From the NCBI GenBank assembly GCA_963782525.1, contig CAWAKC010000004.1:64001-128000 (forward strand): 64,000 bases of DNA, in the 5' to 3' direction. This stretch comes from Candidatus Bathyarchaeota archaeon (lineage in GTDB: Archaea; Thermoproteota; Bathyarchaeia; Bathyarchaeales; Bathycorpusculaceae). The notes beneath the pieces are model-generated. The model was not told the origin of the DNA. It saw nothing but the letters and a program-made list of their open reading frames with translations, and ran no database searches. Below are positions 19,441 through 28,707 of this stretch, in pieces. Every line of letters begins with the position of its first letter. Position 1 is the first letter of the stretch. The position numbers were made by a program, and so were the translations under genes.

Positions 19441-19532
19441 CTAACGGCAGTTGACAACTTGACTTTCAGGGTAAATCAGGCAGTAACTTTGGTTTTCTTG
19501 TCATAACGGAGCGGGAAAGACGGCCATCGTTA
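19441..19532 (+). pseudogene. Decayed N-terminal fragment of an ABC transporter ATPase
   Basis: Across two frameshifts it reads LTAVDNLTFRVNQ / GSNFGFL / HNGAGKTAIV (Walker A region). There is no start codon and no continuation. Confidence 0.6.
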
Positions 19533-19841
19533 GAGGCAGCAGAACTTCTTTGAAAGAAGAAGACAGTGATGGCGTGGCGACACTGTCTTCTTCTCTTAGG
19601 TAGAAAGATGCAGATTAATGGTCTTCGAAAGAAGAAGAACAACACTTTCCCGTAGGAAAAAACAGTTTTTCTTTCTAACAAAAGAAAGGAGCAATCGCAG
19701 GCTTTCTGCATTCTCATGTTTTGTTGAAAGACCGCTATCGATTAGAAGAAGAAAAAATTGATAGATTTTCTGACAGAATGATTTTTTCTTCTTTCAACTT
19801 TAACTCCAGAACTCAATGGAAAGAACAACTCTGCGCAGCCC
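19533..19841. mobile_element. Putative MITE-like non-autonomous element or structured RNA with several hairpins
   Basis: Imperfect terminal inverted repeats (GAGGCAGCAGAACTTCTTT vs AAAGAACAACTCTGCGCAGCCC) flanked by TA on both sides. Internal perfect stems: 14 bp (19555-19568/19581-19594) and 13 bp (19746-19758/19781-19793). Confidence 0.45.
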
Positions 19842-19920
19842 TAACCAAGCTATTTTTTCAAAACTTTTCTTAGTTTCCGCCAACAAAAATAGAAATTAAC
19901 TAAAAAATTGGTCGAACGGT

Positions 19921-20169
19921 TTAATCTTCTAAGTCATGCTGGAAACCAGTAACTTTTATGGTGCTTGTGCACTTGTTGCAGCTAATCATTAGCTCCGCGA
20001 GTTCGTCGTTGACGACTTTTGTTTCCAAGATTTGGTAGTTTTCTTCCGATTCGTCATCAGGCGATATCGAGAGTCCGCATTTGGGACACTGGAACGAACC
20101 ATCTTCTTCAACAGTAGACATGTCTATTTTGTACGTCAAGGTTTTTTTGTCCAGCTTTTTCATCATCAT
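19921..20169 (-). CDS. Small zinc-ribbon protein (CPxCG...CxxC)
   Basis: FQCPKCG...ISCNKC. Confidence 0.75.
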   Translation of the reverse strand: MMMKKLDKKTLTYKIDMSTVEEDGSFQCPKCGLSISPDDESEENYQILETKVVNDELAELMISCNKCTSTIKVTGFQHDLED

Positions 20170-20315
20170 TTTCTATATCACTCTTTCTCTTTAAATTTTC
20201 ATGACTGTTTTTATTTATTAACAATTATGAATTTTTAATTCAGTTATGTCACATTCATTTAAAAGGATGACGCAAGAAAGGGGAAAAAAATTTGTTTTAT
20301 TCGCCATCTTTGCAC

Positions 20316-22211
20316 TTAACTCTCTGCTTCTTTTTCAAAGTTTTCGGGCGAGATATAATCGCCGTACATCTCTTTGGCTTCGAGTAAGCGTTGGCGTTGT
20401 AGGTAGAGTATGCCGAACATTTCAAGTGGGTTGTCAGTGACGTTTTCTTGGTAGAATCTTTGGACGCGCTCGATTTTTGCTAGGTTTTCGGGGACGCGTA
20501 TGGTGAATTGTTTGATGTAGTCTTCTTTTGCGTAGTTTTTGCCTAAGACCGATTTGAATAGTTTTTTGAGATCATCGTACTTCGGTATGTATCCTGTGGG
20601 TGTTTTTAGTGCGCCGACTTCGTTGTTGACTCGTAGTTCCATCCATTTGATCCAAACGTGTTTGTCTTGGGGGCTGTTGAGGTATTTGTCGTTGCCGACT
20701 TCTTTGAGGAAGTAGTTGACTCCGAAGACTATGGGTTGCTTTTTGAGTTTTCTTCCGAAGTCTAAGTTGTTGTGGACGTTTTTGCCCATTGGAATGCTGA
20801 TGAAGTCTTGGATACTCATCATGTTGATTTCTGGTACGCCTTCTTTGCCGATGGTTGCGAACGTAGTTTCTGTTTCCAGCGAGGCTCCGTATGCGACTAT
20901 GCCGTGGTCCCAGCTGAAGCTTTGCTGAACAGGCACGTAAGCTTTGACGTCGCGTCCGCCGTACATTATGCCGCCAAGTTCGACGCCGTTGGGATTATCC
21001 AGTTCTGGGTCAACGTTTTCGAGTGCTTTGAGCGCTACTGCGTAACGTGCGTTTTTGTTTGCTGCTGGAACGTCATTGCCTGTTTCGTCTTTTTTGCCGT
21101 CGTACCATGTTCCGCTGTAGTTGCAGCCATCTTTGGGCAGTTCTTGTCCCATGCCCAGCCAGTAAGGTTTGCCGTCTTTTACCAATACGTTGGAGAAGAC
21201 GATTTCGCCTGGGTTAGTTAATACTTTCCAGATTAAGGCATCGTCTTTGGGTTTAACATCCTGTATGATTCCGAAAATACCTGATTCAACGTTGACTGCG
21301 CGGGCAGCTGAGTTGATGTCTCGGATGTAAGCGATGTCGTCGCCGAGGATTGTTTCGCCTGGTAACATGGCGGTTGAGGTTTTGCCGCATGCACTTGGGA
21401 AAGCACCTGCAAAGTAGGTTTTGCGTCCCCCTGGACCAAAAACACCCATAAGTAACATGTGTTCTGCCAGCCAACCTTCACTGCTGGCTTTGCGTATGGC
21501 TAAGCGGAATGCAAGTTTTTTGAAGCCAACAGAGTTTCCTGCGTACTGGGTGTTGACGCTATAGATGGTGTTGTCCATGTGGTCGATGTAGATGCGTTTT
21601 TTTGCGTAATCTACACTAACCATGTCACTGTTGAGTTTTCCAGCCGAATGCAACACACGTAAGAAATCGGTCTTTACTCCTGCCTTCACGAACTGCTCAT
21701 ATCCCGGCCTGTACAGCAGAGATTCAGAATGAGAAACATACCAAGAATCAGTGCACTGTAAACCCAAAATCGTGAAAATCGAGTCAGCGGGGCCAAGAGC
21801 GATGAAACGTACAATCATGGTTTTGCCAACCATGGCGCCACGAAGCAACCCCATAACTTCAAGGAGCCCTTCTTGGCGATCCATCTGATTCAGCGCTTTG
21901 CTGAGTGTTACGCCTTTGGGCACGAGGTATTTGGTCGCTTGGCGATCGCGGCCTTGGTCTTGTTCGCCATCAAAGTGAACAGTGTGCCCTTGTATAGTCA
22001 GGATTGCTTGTTCCTCGCCAGTGGCGATTGCCTGTTTACGTACAAAAGCCATGTCTTCGGCGGAGTCGCTGCAAATAAAGATTTTTTCTGGATGGCATAG
22101 GTCGCTTTCTTTAGCGATAAATTCGTGAACGTTGGGGTTGTCTATGGCACTGAGTTTTTGGAAGTCTGCTACACTCATTTTAGCTTGTAATGCTTCTAAG
22201 TACGGATTCAT
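20316..22211 (-). CDS. pckG: GTP-dependent phosphoenolpyruvate carboxykinase
   Basis: YAGN, GWLAEHM, AFPSACGKT, GDDIAY. Start placed at the ATG at 22211 (MNPYL) to avoid overlap with asnA. Confidence 0.93.
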   Translation of the reverse strand: MNPYLEALQAKMSVADFQKLSAIDNPNVHEFIAKESDLCHPEKIFICSDSAEDMAFVRKQAIATGEEQAILTIQGHTVHFDGEQDQGRDRQATKYLVPKGVTLSKALNQMDRQEGLLEVMGLLRGAMVGKTMIVRFIALGPADSIFTILGLQCTDSWYVSHSESLLYRPGYEQFVKAGVKTDFLRVLHSAGKLNSDMVSVDYAKKRIYIDHMDNTIYSVNTQYAGNSVGFKKLAFRLAIRKASSEGWLAEHMLLMGVFGPGGRKTYFAGAFPSACGKTSTAMLPGETILGDDIAYIRDINSAARAVNVESGIFGIIQDVKPKDDALIWKVLTNPGEIVFSNVLVKDGKPYWLGMGQELPKDGCNYSGTWYDGKKDETGNDVPAANKNARYAVALKALENVDPELDNPNGVELGGIMYGGRDVKAYVPVQQSFSWDHGIVAYGASLETETTFATIGKEGVPEINMMSIQDFISIPMGKNVHNNLDFGRKLKKQPIVFGVNYFLKEVGNDKYLNSPQDKHVWIKWMELRVNNEVGALKTPTGYIPKYDDLKKLFKSVLGKNYAKEDYIKQFTIRVPENLAKIERVQRFYQENVTDNPLEMFGILYLQRQRLLEAKEMYGDYISPENFEKEAES

Positions 22212-22224
22212 TGTGTGTCTTTCC

Positions 22225-23190
22225 TTAGAGTTCATGTACTGTGCCGGGGACACGTGGGAACGGTTGGCATTCACCGATGTGTTTGACGCCTGCAAGCCAT
22301 CCGACTAAACGTTCCATGCCTATGCCTCCGCCAGCGGTGGGTTTGAGTCTGCCTTCCTTCGCCATCTTGAGCACTAATGCATAGTTTTCTTTCTTAACTT
22401 GGTCACGCTCAATCTTCTTTAGAATTTTAGCGTATTCGTACTCGCGTTTAGCGCCTGAGAGGACTTCGCCAAATTGTGGCAGGAACAAGTCATAGTTGTC
22501 CCATTTGCCCGTCTTGAAGTCTTCGAAATCGTAGAATTCTCGTGGAATGTTAGTTACCCACACAGGTTCCTTCGTTTCTTCGGATATGCCTGCCTCCCAG
22601 TCTGCACCGTATTTGGCTTCAAGTTCTACGCGGTCATAGATTTTGAAGGGTGCTTTTGGCGCTTTGAGGGTGTCACAGCGGCAGAGAGTAGTTAATTCGC
22701 CTTTCATGTCTTTCTTTAAGTCTTTCACGAGGGTGCCGATGGCTTCTTCAACCAAAGCAAAAATCTCTTTTGAGGTTGCATCTCGGGCTTCAAAGTCGAG
22801 TTGGGTGAATTCGTAGATGTGCCTGCCTGTTTTGGCGCGTTCAGCTTTCTCAATCCGGATGTTTGGTGAAAGGATGAAGAGTTTGGGGTAGGCTGTTGAG
22901 GCTGCGACGAGTTTGTGGATAATCATGCTGGCTGTGGTGCGGACTGGTTTGCCGTAGATGTCGACTTCAATTCTTTTCTCTATTGATGCTCCTGGATCAG
23001 GCCACAGAGGGTCGGTGCTTTGGCTGAGTGCCACGGGCAAGAGCCACTGGAAACCTTTGTTAACAAAAGTTGTTGAGAGACTCTTTAATGTGTAAGTCAT
23101 AATTTTGCCTATGCAGGCTTTTCTTTCTATTTCCGTCGCCGACAGTTGGTCTAACGATTTGGGCATTTCTATTAATTCTTGTTTTGGCAT
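22225..23190 (-). CDS. asnA: Archaeal asparagine synthetase A (AsnRS catalytic-domain paralog without anticodon domain)
   Basis: TDPLWPDP, SMIIHK, SPNIRIE, GRHIYEFTQLDFE, GEVLSG, GGGIGMERL; no OB domain. Start placed at MPKQE. Confidence 0.88.
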   Translation of the reverse strand: MPKQELIEMPKSLDQLSATEIERKACIGKIMTYTLKSLSTTFVNKGFQWLLPVALSQSTDPLWPDPGASIEKRIEVDIYGKPVRTTASMIIHKLVAASTAYPKLFILSPNIRIEKAERAKTGRHIYEFTQLDFEARDATSKEIFALVEEAIGTLVKDLKKDMKGELTTLCRCDTLKAPKAPFKIYDRVELEAKYGADWEAGISEETKEPVWVTNIPREFYDFEDFKTGKWDNYDLFLPQFGEVLSGAKREYEYAKILKKIERDQVKKENYALVLKMAKEGRLKPTAGGGIGMERLVGWLAGVKHIGECQPFPRVPGTVHEL

Positions 23191-23234
23191 ATATGTCCCT
23201 GTGAGTTTGTTTTGGTGTACACTGTGCATGGCGG

Positions 23235-23313
23235 GTAATAAATTTTATACAATAAAACATGGATAATTTACAATAAATACACATTTTTATATTTGAAACC
23301 TGTAATATTTACA
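23235..23313. promoter_or_regulatory. Divergent AT-rich promoter region with candidate Lrp operator sites
   Basis: TGTAA-TAT-TTACA palindrome (23301-23313) and two TACAATAAA repeats between asnA and the Lrp/AsnC gene. Confidence 0.4.
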
Positions 23314-23314
23314 T

Positions 23315-23821
23315 ATGAGCGCTAAACTAGATGAAAAAGACCTCGCCATCTTAACCCTCATCCAAGAAAACAGCAAACTAACCGCTAACCAAATCGCCAA
23401 AAAAATCAACGCTCCAATCACAACTGTCTTCGCCAAAACCAAACGCATGGAAGAAATGGGCATAATCAAAGAATACCGCGCTATCCTCAGCCCAGAAAAA
23501 CTCAACCTCGGCACCGCCGCCTTCATCTTAGCCTCAGTCTCTTACCGCGCAAAAAACCAAGACGAAACCCCGATATCTCAAAGACAAGTTGCAGAAGAAA
23601 TCGCAAGGTTTCCTGAAGTACAAGAAGTACACATAATCACGGGTGACTGGGATTTGCTAGTTAAATTGCGTGGGGAAAATGTAGAGGCAGTCGGCAAGTT
23701 TGTTGTCGACAAATTACGGTTAATAAAAGGATTAGATAAGACGCTAACATGCATGGTTTTTGAAACAGTGAAAGAATCCACTAGCATTCCTCAGATGTTT
23801 CGTAAAACTCCGTCGAAATAA
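23315..23821 (+). CDS. Lrp/AsnC family transcriptional regulator
   Basis: LDEKDLAILTLIQENSK HTH; EVQEVHIITGDWDLLVK RAM domain. Confidence 0.93.
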   Translation: MSAKLDEKDLAILTLIQENSKLTANQIAKKINAPITTVFAKTKRMEEMGIIKEYRAILSPEKLNLGTAAFILASVSYRAKNQDETPISQRQVAEEIARFPEVQEVHIITGDWDLLVKLRGENVEAVGKFVVDKLRLIKGLDKTLTCMVFETVKESTSIPQMFRKTPSK

Positions 23822-23824
23822 TAT

Positions 23825-24283
23825 TTAGGCGGAACTGGAATAGTAAAGCAAAGGCAATGCAAGAAGAACAGTGTTTTTTCCTTTAGCAGTAAGTGTATAC
23901 TCAACTCTCAAGGGCGGTCCAGCCGTGACGTTTCGTGTAATGTAACCGTGTTTCTGCAGCATCTTGAGCTTATCCGAGAGCGTTCTGGAGTTAACAGTTA
24001 AGATTTTTTTTATCTCTCCAAACCCGATGGAATCTTTAAGCATTAGGGAATAGAGGATTTCGAGGCTCCATTTCTGAAAAAGAAAGTTGAACCTTTCCTC
24101 TAGACTTTCAAGCTCGTCTTTGAGTTCGGTTGGGGCGATTTTTTGTTTTTCTATTATTTCGTTGAAAGTTACTTCGATGCCTTTTAGGACTTTGTCCATT
24201 TGGGTTTCGACGAGCTTGCGGAATTCAGCACTCAAAGTCAATGGGGCACTCATTTGCTTTACACTCGGTGTGGTTTTGCTCAC
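23825..24283 (-). CDS. HxlR-family winged-helix regulator
   Basis: KWSLEIL, NSRTLSDKLK, PPLRVEYTLTAKG. Confidence 0.88.
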   Translation of the reverse strand: MSKTTPSVKQMSAPLTLSAEFRKLVETQMDKVLKGIEVTFNEIIEKQKIAPTELKDELESLEERFNFLFQKWSLEILYSLMLKDSIGFGEIKKILTVNSRTLSDKLKMLQKHGYITRNVTAGPPLRVEYTLTAKGKNTVLLALPLLYYSSSA

Positions 24284-24353
24284 TTCATAATTTATTAAGC
24301 TTTACATATACAACAAGGTATACAAAGTAAAGTTACCTCGGAGGATAAATCAC

Positions 24354-25715
24354 ATGGAAAAATATGACGCTATAGTCGTTGGAGCAGGAACAGCGGGCTG
24401 CTTAGCAGCAAAAACCATCGCTGAATCAGGCTTAACAGTATGCCTCATAGAAAAGAAAAAACGCGAAGACATCGGCGAAAAAATCTGCGGCGACGCCCTG
24501 GGCGAACATCACCTAAAGACACTAGGACTCGAGAAGCCCACAGGCGGCGAACTCGAAGCCAAAATTGACGGAATAAAAATCTTCTCACCAGACGAAAACA
24601 CCGTCTTCACCATTGCAGACAAAGACTTCATCGGTTATCTACTCAACAGGCGACTGTTTGGGCAATGGCTTCTCAAAAAAGCCACCGACAAAGGCGCAAT
24701 TCTTCAAGACAACATGAACTTCCGCTCACCCATCATCGAGAAAGGCGCAGTCGTCGGCATCACAGCCAAAAACATGGTCACGGGCAAAGTCTCCGAGATG
24801 CGCAGCAAAGTTGTGGTTGACGCCAGCGGTTACTTCGGCATGGTACGCAAACAACTGCCACCGCAGATGGGCATCGACCGCGACATAGCAAACCAAGATG
24901 TTGAAGCCTGCTACCGCGAAATCCGCCAACTCAAACAAGAAAACGAAAACACAAACTTCTGCGAAATCTACCTAAATCAAAAAGCGTCACCAGGTGGCTA
25001 CATATGGATTTTCCCCAAAGGCGGTGCCCGCGTAAACGTTGGCTTAGGCATTTGCATGCGAGGAAACTATCCGAATCCAAAAGAGCAACTCTACAACACC
25101 GTCTTCAAGAAACCAATCTTTGAAGGTTCATTGGTTTTGACTGGTGGCTCATGGTTTGACCCTGTCCGCAGACCCTTAGATAATATGGTTTCAAACGGAG
25201 TCATGCTCGTCGGCGATGCTGCCTCATTAGTTAACCCGATTCATGGCGGCGGCATCGGGCCTTCAATGCTAAGCGGCTACTTTGGAGGACAACAAATCGT
25301 AGAAGCACTCTCAAAAGGCGAACCCACCAAAGAAGCACTATGGGGCTACAACAAAAAATACATCGAAACCTACGGCAAAAAACAAGGTACCCTCGACATA
25401 TTCAAAATGTTTCTTCTCTCTTGCAGCGATGAAGACCTCAACTATGGCATGAACGAGAAACTCATGACCGAAGACGACGTACTCAAAGCAGGTATGGGCG
25501 ACGACTTCCACCTCAACATCACCGAAACCGCAAAACGAGTATTCAGAGGCTTACGCAGAGTCGGCTTCCTAAATAGACTACGCTTAACCGTTATGATGAT
25601 GAAGGGTCTACGCGCACACTACAACACTTACCCAACCTCGCCTGAAGGTTTCGAGCCATGGCGCTTGCAAACTGTAAAGCTGATTGAAGAAGCCAGAGGC
25701 AAACTCGTAGATTAG
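24354..25715 (+). CDS. Geranylgeranyl reductase family (DGGGPL reductase-like)
   Basis: GAGTAG, PGGYIWIFPKG, VGDAA...NPIHGGGI. Confidence 0.9.
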   Translation: MEKYDAIVVGAGTAGCLAAKTIAESGLTVCLIEKKKREDIGEKICGDALGEHHLKTLGLEKPTGGELEAKIDGIKIFSPDENTVFTIADKDFIGYLLNRRLFGQWLLKKATDKGAILQDNMNFRSPIIEKGAVVGITAKNMVTGKVSEMRSKVVVDASGYFGMVRKQLPPQMGIDRDIANQDVEACYREIRQLKQENENTNFCEIYLNQKASPGGYIWIFPKGGARVNVGLGICMRGNYPNPKEQLYNTVFKKPIFEGSLVLTGGSWFDPVRRPLDNMVSNGVMLVGDAASLVNPIHGGGIGPSMLSGYFGGQQIVEALSKGEPTKEALWGYNKKYIETYGKKQGTLDIFKMFLLSCSDEDLNYGMNEKLMTEDDVLKAGMGDDFHLNITETAKRVFRGLRRVGFLNRLRLTVMMMKGLRAHYNTYPTSPEGFEPWRLQTVKLIEEARGKLVD

Positions 25716-25798
25716 TTTTTTTTAAACTAACTTTTTTCTTTTTTGTTTTTTGCAAAGCTTAAATTCTCAGCATACACTTGCTATTATCGGTGAAGAAA

Positions 25799-26167
25799 AT
25801 GGTTTATTGTTCTAATTGCGGAGAAAAAATTCCAGACGACGTTTATTTCTGTTTCAAATGCGGCACAAAAACCTCTGTAGGTAAAGCAGCAAAAGCCACT
25901 TATCCAGCAGACGAGTTGCGGGATGCCTTCTACCAAGTGGGAGTTGAACTGGAGAGAGCCTTCAATATTGCGGCAAAGGAAACGCAGGCAGCGTTCAAAC
26001 GGGTCAGTGAAGATATGCAACAAAAACAGCAGCAGAAAACCACTGCTAGCGCTCAAGGAACAGTGGTTTGCTCAAGCTGCGGAAGTAAGAATGTTTCCGG
26101 AGCAGTTTTCTGTCACAGCTGCGGCGCAAAAGTAGCTTCTTCTGAAAAGTCTCATGGGAGCACCTGA
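25799..26167 (+). CDS. Double zinc-ribbon protein
   Basis: CSNCG...CFKCG and CSSCG...CHSCG separated by a helical linker. Confidence 0.8.
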   Translation: MVYCSNCGEKIPDDVYFCFKCGTKTSVGKAAKATYPADELRDAFYQVGVELERAFNIAAKETQAAFKRVSEDMQQKQQQKTTASAQGTVVCSSCGSKNVSGAVFCHSCGAKVASSEKSHGST

Positions 26168-26171
26168 AACC

Positions 26172-26642
26172 ATGGGCGGCAAAACTCTAGTAGCCTACGA
26201 ATCTAAAAGCGGCGCTACTGAAGAGTCTGCCCGAAAAATCGCAGATGTTTTGCGTTCGAAATTCAATTTAGAAGTTGACTTAGTTGATTTAGGCAAACAA
26301 AACATTTCTGATTGCTCGTTGTACCAGAACATTGTTGTAGGCGGCGGTGTGAGAGCTGGCAAAGTCTACAGTAAAGCGTTAAAATGCCTCGAAAATGATT
26401 GGTCAAGCAAGAAGGTGGCTTTTTTTGTTTCTGCTGGTCAAGCAGGCGACCCAAAAACCTACGAAACAGCCAAAGCCAAGTTTGCTGAAAGCACCCTTGC
26501 CAAGTACCCAAACATTAAACCAGTGAGTTGGGAAGCTTTTGGCGGACGCATGAGTATCCTTGGAAAAAAGATATTTGACACCATTGATTTAGTTAAGGTT
26601 GAGGCTTGGGCAGAAGAGCTTGGAAAAAAATTCACTCAATAA
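26172..26642 (+). CDS. Flavodoxin-domain protein (HemG-like)
   Basis: LVAYESKSGAT FMN loop, VVGGGV, AFFVS, FGG. Confidence 0.82.
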   Translation: MGGKTLVAYESKSGATEESARKIADVLRSKFNLEVDLVDLGKQNISDCSLYQNIVVGGGVRAGKVYSKALKCLENDWSSKKVAFFVSAGQAGDPKTYETAKAKFAESTLAKYPNIKPVSWEAFGGRMSILGKKIFDTIDLVKVEAWAEELGKKFTQ

Positions 26643-26844
26643 ACCCAAGGCCACTAAAGCGGGCGCACTACTTTGTCCGTCGTGCTGCATCGAATACGTT
26701 GAAATTGTGTTTGATATGGAAGTTGACGGCATTATCCTGTACAATGTAAAAGCGCTCAAGTGTCCGGAATGCGAAGAAGAACTGTTTACACCCCAGCAAC
26801 ATGAGGCAATCAAGCAAAAAATCGACGATTCAACCCAGCCCTAA
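26599..26844 (+). CDS. Small YgiT/MqsA-type zinc finger protein (start uncertain)
   Basis: CPSC...NVKALKCPECEEELFT. Confidence 0.6.
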   Translation: MRLGQKSLEKNSLNKPKATKAGALLCPSCCIEYVEIVFDMEVDGIILYNVKALKCPECEEELFTPQQHEAIKQKIDDSTQP

Positions 26845-26998
26845 AAAATATATTCGTTTTAAGCAGTATCTTGCAACCCCAAAATAGTTAAATCAACATT
26901 TGGGTTTTTGGTATAGCCTTCGTTTTTAGAGGTCGATAGGCTTTTATATTTGGCTATTGTGTCTATGGTTTGCAACAAACGGGATTTGACATCAAAGT

Positions 26999-27307
26999 AT
27001 GGTCAGAAAAGCACGAATCCGCCTCACAAGCACAGATTATAGTAAATTAGAAGAGGTATGTGGAGAACTAAAGAGCATTGCCTCAAAAACAGGTGTAAAA
27101 ATGAATGGTCCAGTACCACTACCAACCAAACGCCTACGTGTTCCAGTCCTTAAAGGTCCATCAGGAGAAGGCACAGCCACATGGGACCGATGGGAAATGC
27201 GCATTCACAAACGCTTAATTGACATCGACTCTGAAGAACGTGTAATGCGCCGAATCATGCGTATACGGGTTCCAGAAGAAGTCCACGTCACAATCGAACT
27301 AATCTAA
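26999..27307 (+). CDS. rps10: 30S ribosomal protein uS10
   Basis: [35 protein letters not shown]. Confidence 0.97.
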   Translation: MVRKARIRLTSTDYSKLEEVCGELKSIASKTGVKMNGPVPLPTKRLRVPVLKGPSGEGTATWDRWEMRIHKRLIDIDSEERVMRRIMRIRVPEEVHVTIELI

Positions 27308-27348
27308 ATTTTAATTTTTTTTGATTTTTTGGGTTTAATTTTTCTTTT
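27308..27348 (+). terminator. T-rich archaeal terminator after rps10
   Basis: Several T runs immediately after the stop codon. Confidence 0.55.
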
Positions 27349-27403
27349 CAGCACATTCCTTAAATCTTTCAAGTTCTTGTCAAGCAATTGAGAGGTGAAG
27401 TGA

Positions 27404-27571
27404 ATGAAGGAATGGCGATGTATCTTAGTCAGCCACCATGACGATGTGGGCAAAGCTATCATGGAGTGGGAACAGCAAGGTTGGCGACTCAACTCTTACA
27501 GTACTGCTGGAATGGGCGGAGCATGGAACTACACCGTTAATCACTACTTGCTCTTTGAAAGAGGACAATAA
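27404..27571 (+). CDS. 55-aa protein, DUF4177-like (absent from the ORF track)
   Basis: SD GAGGTGA upstream; MKEWRCILVSHHDDVGKAIMEWEQQGWRLNSYSTAGMGGAWNYTVNHYLLFERGQ with a GWxL...YLLFER pattern. Confidence 0.7.
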   Translation: MKEWRCILVSHHDDVGKAIMEWEQQGWRLNSYSTAGMGGAWNYTVNHYLLFERGQ

Positions 27572-27597
27572 AAAAATCTCGTTTTCTACTTCTTAAA

Positions 27598-28428
27598 TCA
27601 ATAACCGAAAGCTCGCAAGTAGGTTACTATAGCTAAAGTCACGCTTGCAGCAAAAGCTAAAGCCCAAATCTTCTTGTTAAAGCTAAAGATTTTGTATCCA
27701 TCTAAAATTCCGAAGGGAATCAAGTTGAAAACTGCCATGAAAGCGTTGATGTAAGCAGCAAAAAACAGCATAAAGACAAAGGGGCTGAATGGTAGAACAA
27801 ACGCACAACCAAGAAGCGCAGTCGAGAAAATGAGGTTTGTGATGGGTCCAGCGATGGAAATCTTTACTAAATCCTCTCCACTTGGTACCGAGCCGCCAAT
27901 CATCATTGCTCCTGGCGAAATCATTTTGAAGGGCAGAAAAACTGAAACCAAAGTTAAAACTGCACCCCACGTTGTTAGTCGGAATTCAGCCCACATGCCT
28001 TTCTTCTGTGCAATGATTTTATGGGCTATTTCATGAATCAAAAAAGATGATGTCATTATGAGAGCGAAAACCGCCATCACGTCCCATGTCCAAGCAGGGA
28101 GAAAACCGCCAAAAAGATTTCCATACACTCCGATTGAAAAGCCGATGCCGACGACAAGCAACGCTGCAACCCCGATATGTTTGACTTCTTTTTGGCTAAA
28201 GGTAACGCGACGTGTGCGTTTGAAGGGTTGCTGACCAAAAACATAGCTGTAGTTGTATGAATTGTAAGATTCTGGCTTTAGCACTTGTCCTTGTCTTTCT
28301 GCGCGTGCATTGTCGATTTTTGGGCATGCATGGTTCTCTGGCAAACGGTGAGCACCGCAGAATTGACCACCGCAATGAGGGCAGCGGAATGGAAGAAGAG
28401 TCTCCTGAGAGCAGGCTTGACATTTCAT
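27598..28428 (-). CDS. AN1-type zinc finger fused to an M50/site-2 protease
   Basis: CQAC...PFRCPHCGGQFCGAHRLPENHAC; HEIAH, AGP and NLIPFGILDG. Confidence 0.88.
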   Translation of the reverse strand: MKCQACSQETLLPFRCPHCGGQFCGAHRLPENHACPKIDNARAERQGQVLKPESYNSYNYSYVFGQQPFKRTRRVTFSQKEVKHIGVAALLVVGIGFSIGVYGNLFGGFLPAWTWDVMAVFALIMTSSFLIHEIAHKIIAQKKGMWAEFRLTTWGAVLTLVSVFLPFKMISPGAMMIGGSVPSGEDLVKISIAGPITNLIFSTALLGCAFVLPFSPFVFMLFFAAYINAFMAVFNLIPFGILDGYKIFSFNKKIWALAFAASVTLAIVTYLRAFGY

Positions 28429-28707
28429 TATGTATTGGCGCCTTTGACACCCTAAACTGTGCATGGTGGTTTATATTTTTCCCCTCAAAAAACTAGAAAC
28501 GCACCTACCAGAAGAAATCTATTTCGGGGATTCCGGTCATTTGGTATTTACGGCTATCAACTTGGATGTTCACGAATTAATTGTGTACTTGTAGGTTTGG
28601 CTGTTGTTGCTTTTACACAGTCACGCAGATTAATACGAGATCTTTTAGTACTCTATAGATGAATATAGATTTAGAAATAAACCGAATTTTAGTTTTGATT
28701 TGTGGAG

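Noticed and set aside
19529-19845. SRP RNA, RNase P RNA or hammerhead ribozyme as the identity of the structured element
   Set aside because: The size is similar to SRP or RNase P RNA, but it lacks the SRP helix-8 motif, the RNase P GAGGAAAGUCC motif and the hammerhead CUGANGA core, and it is AT-rich.
22212-22295. N-terminal extensions in the ORF track (pck, asnA, 43560, 52156, 60949, 28464)
   Set aside because: These are longest-ORF artefacts; family similarity begins at downstream ATGs.
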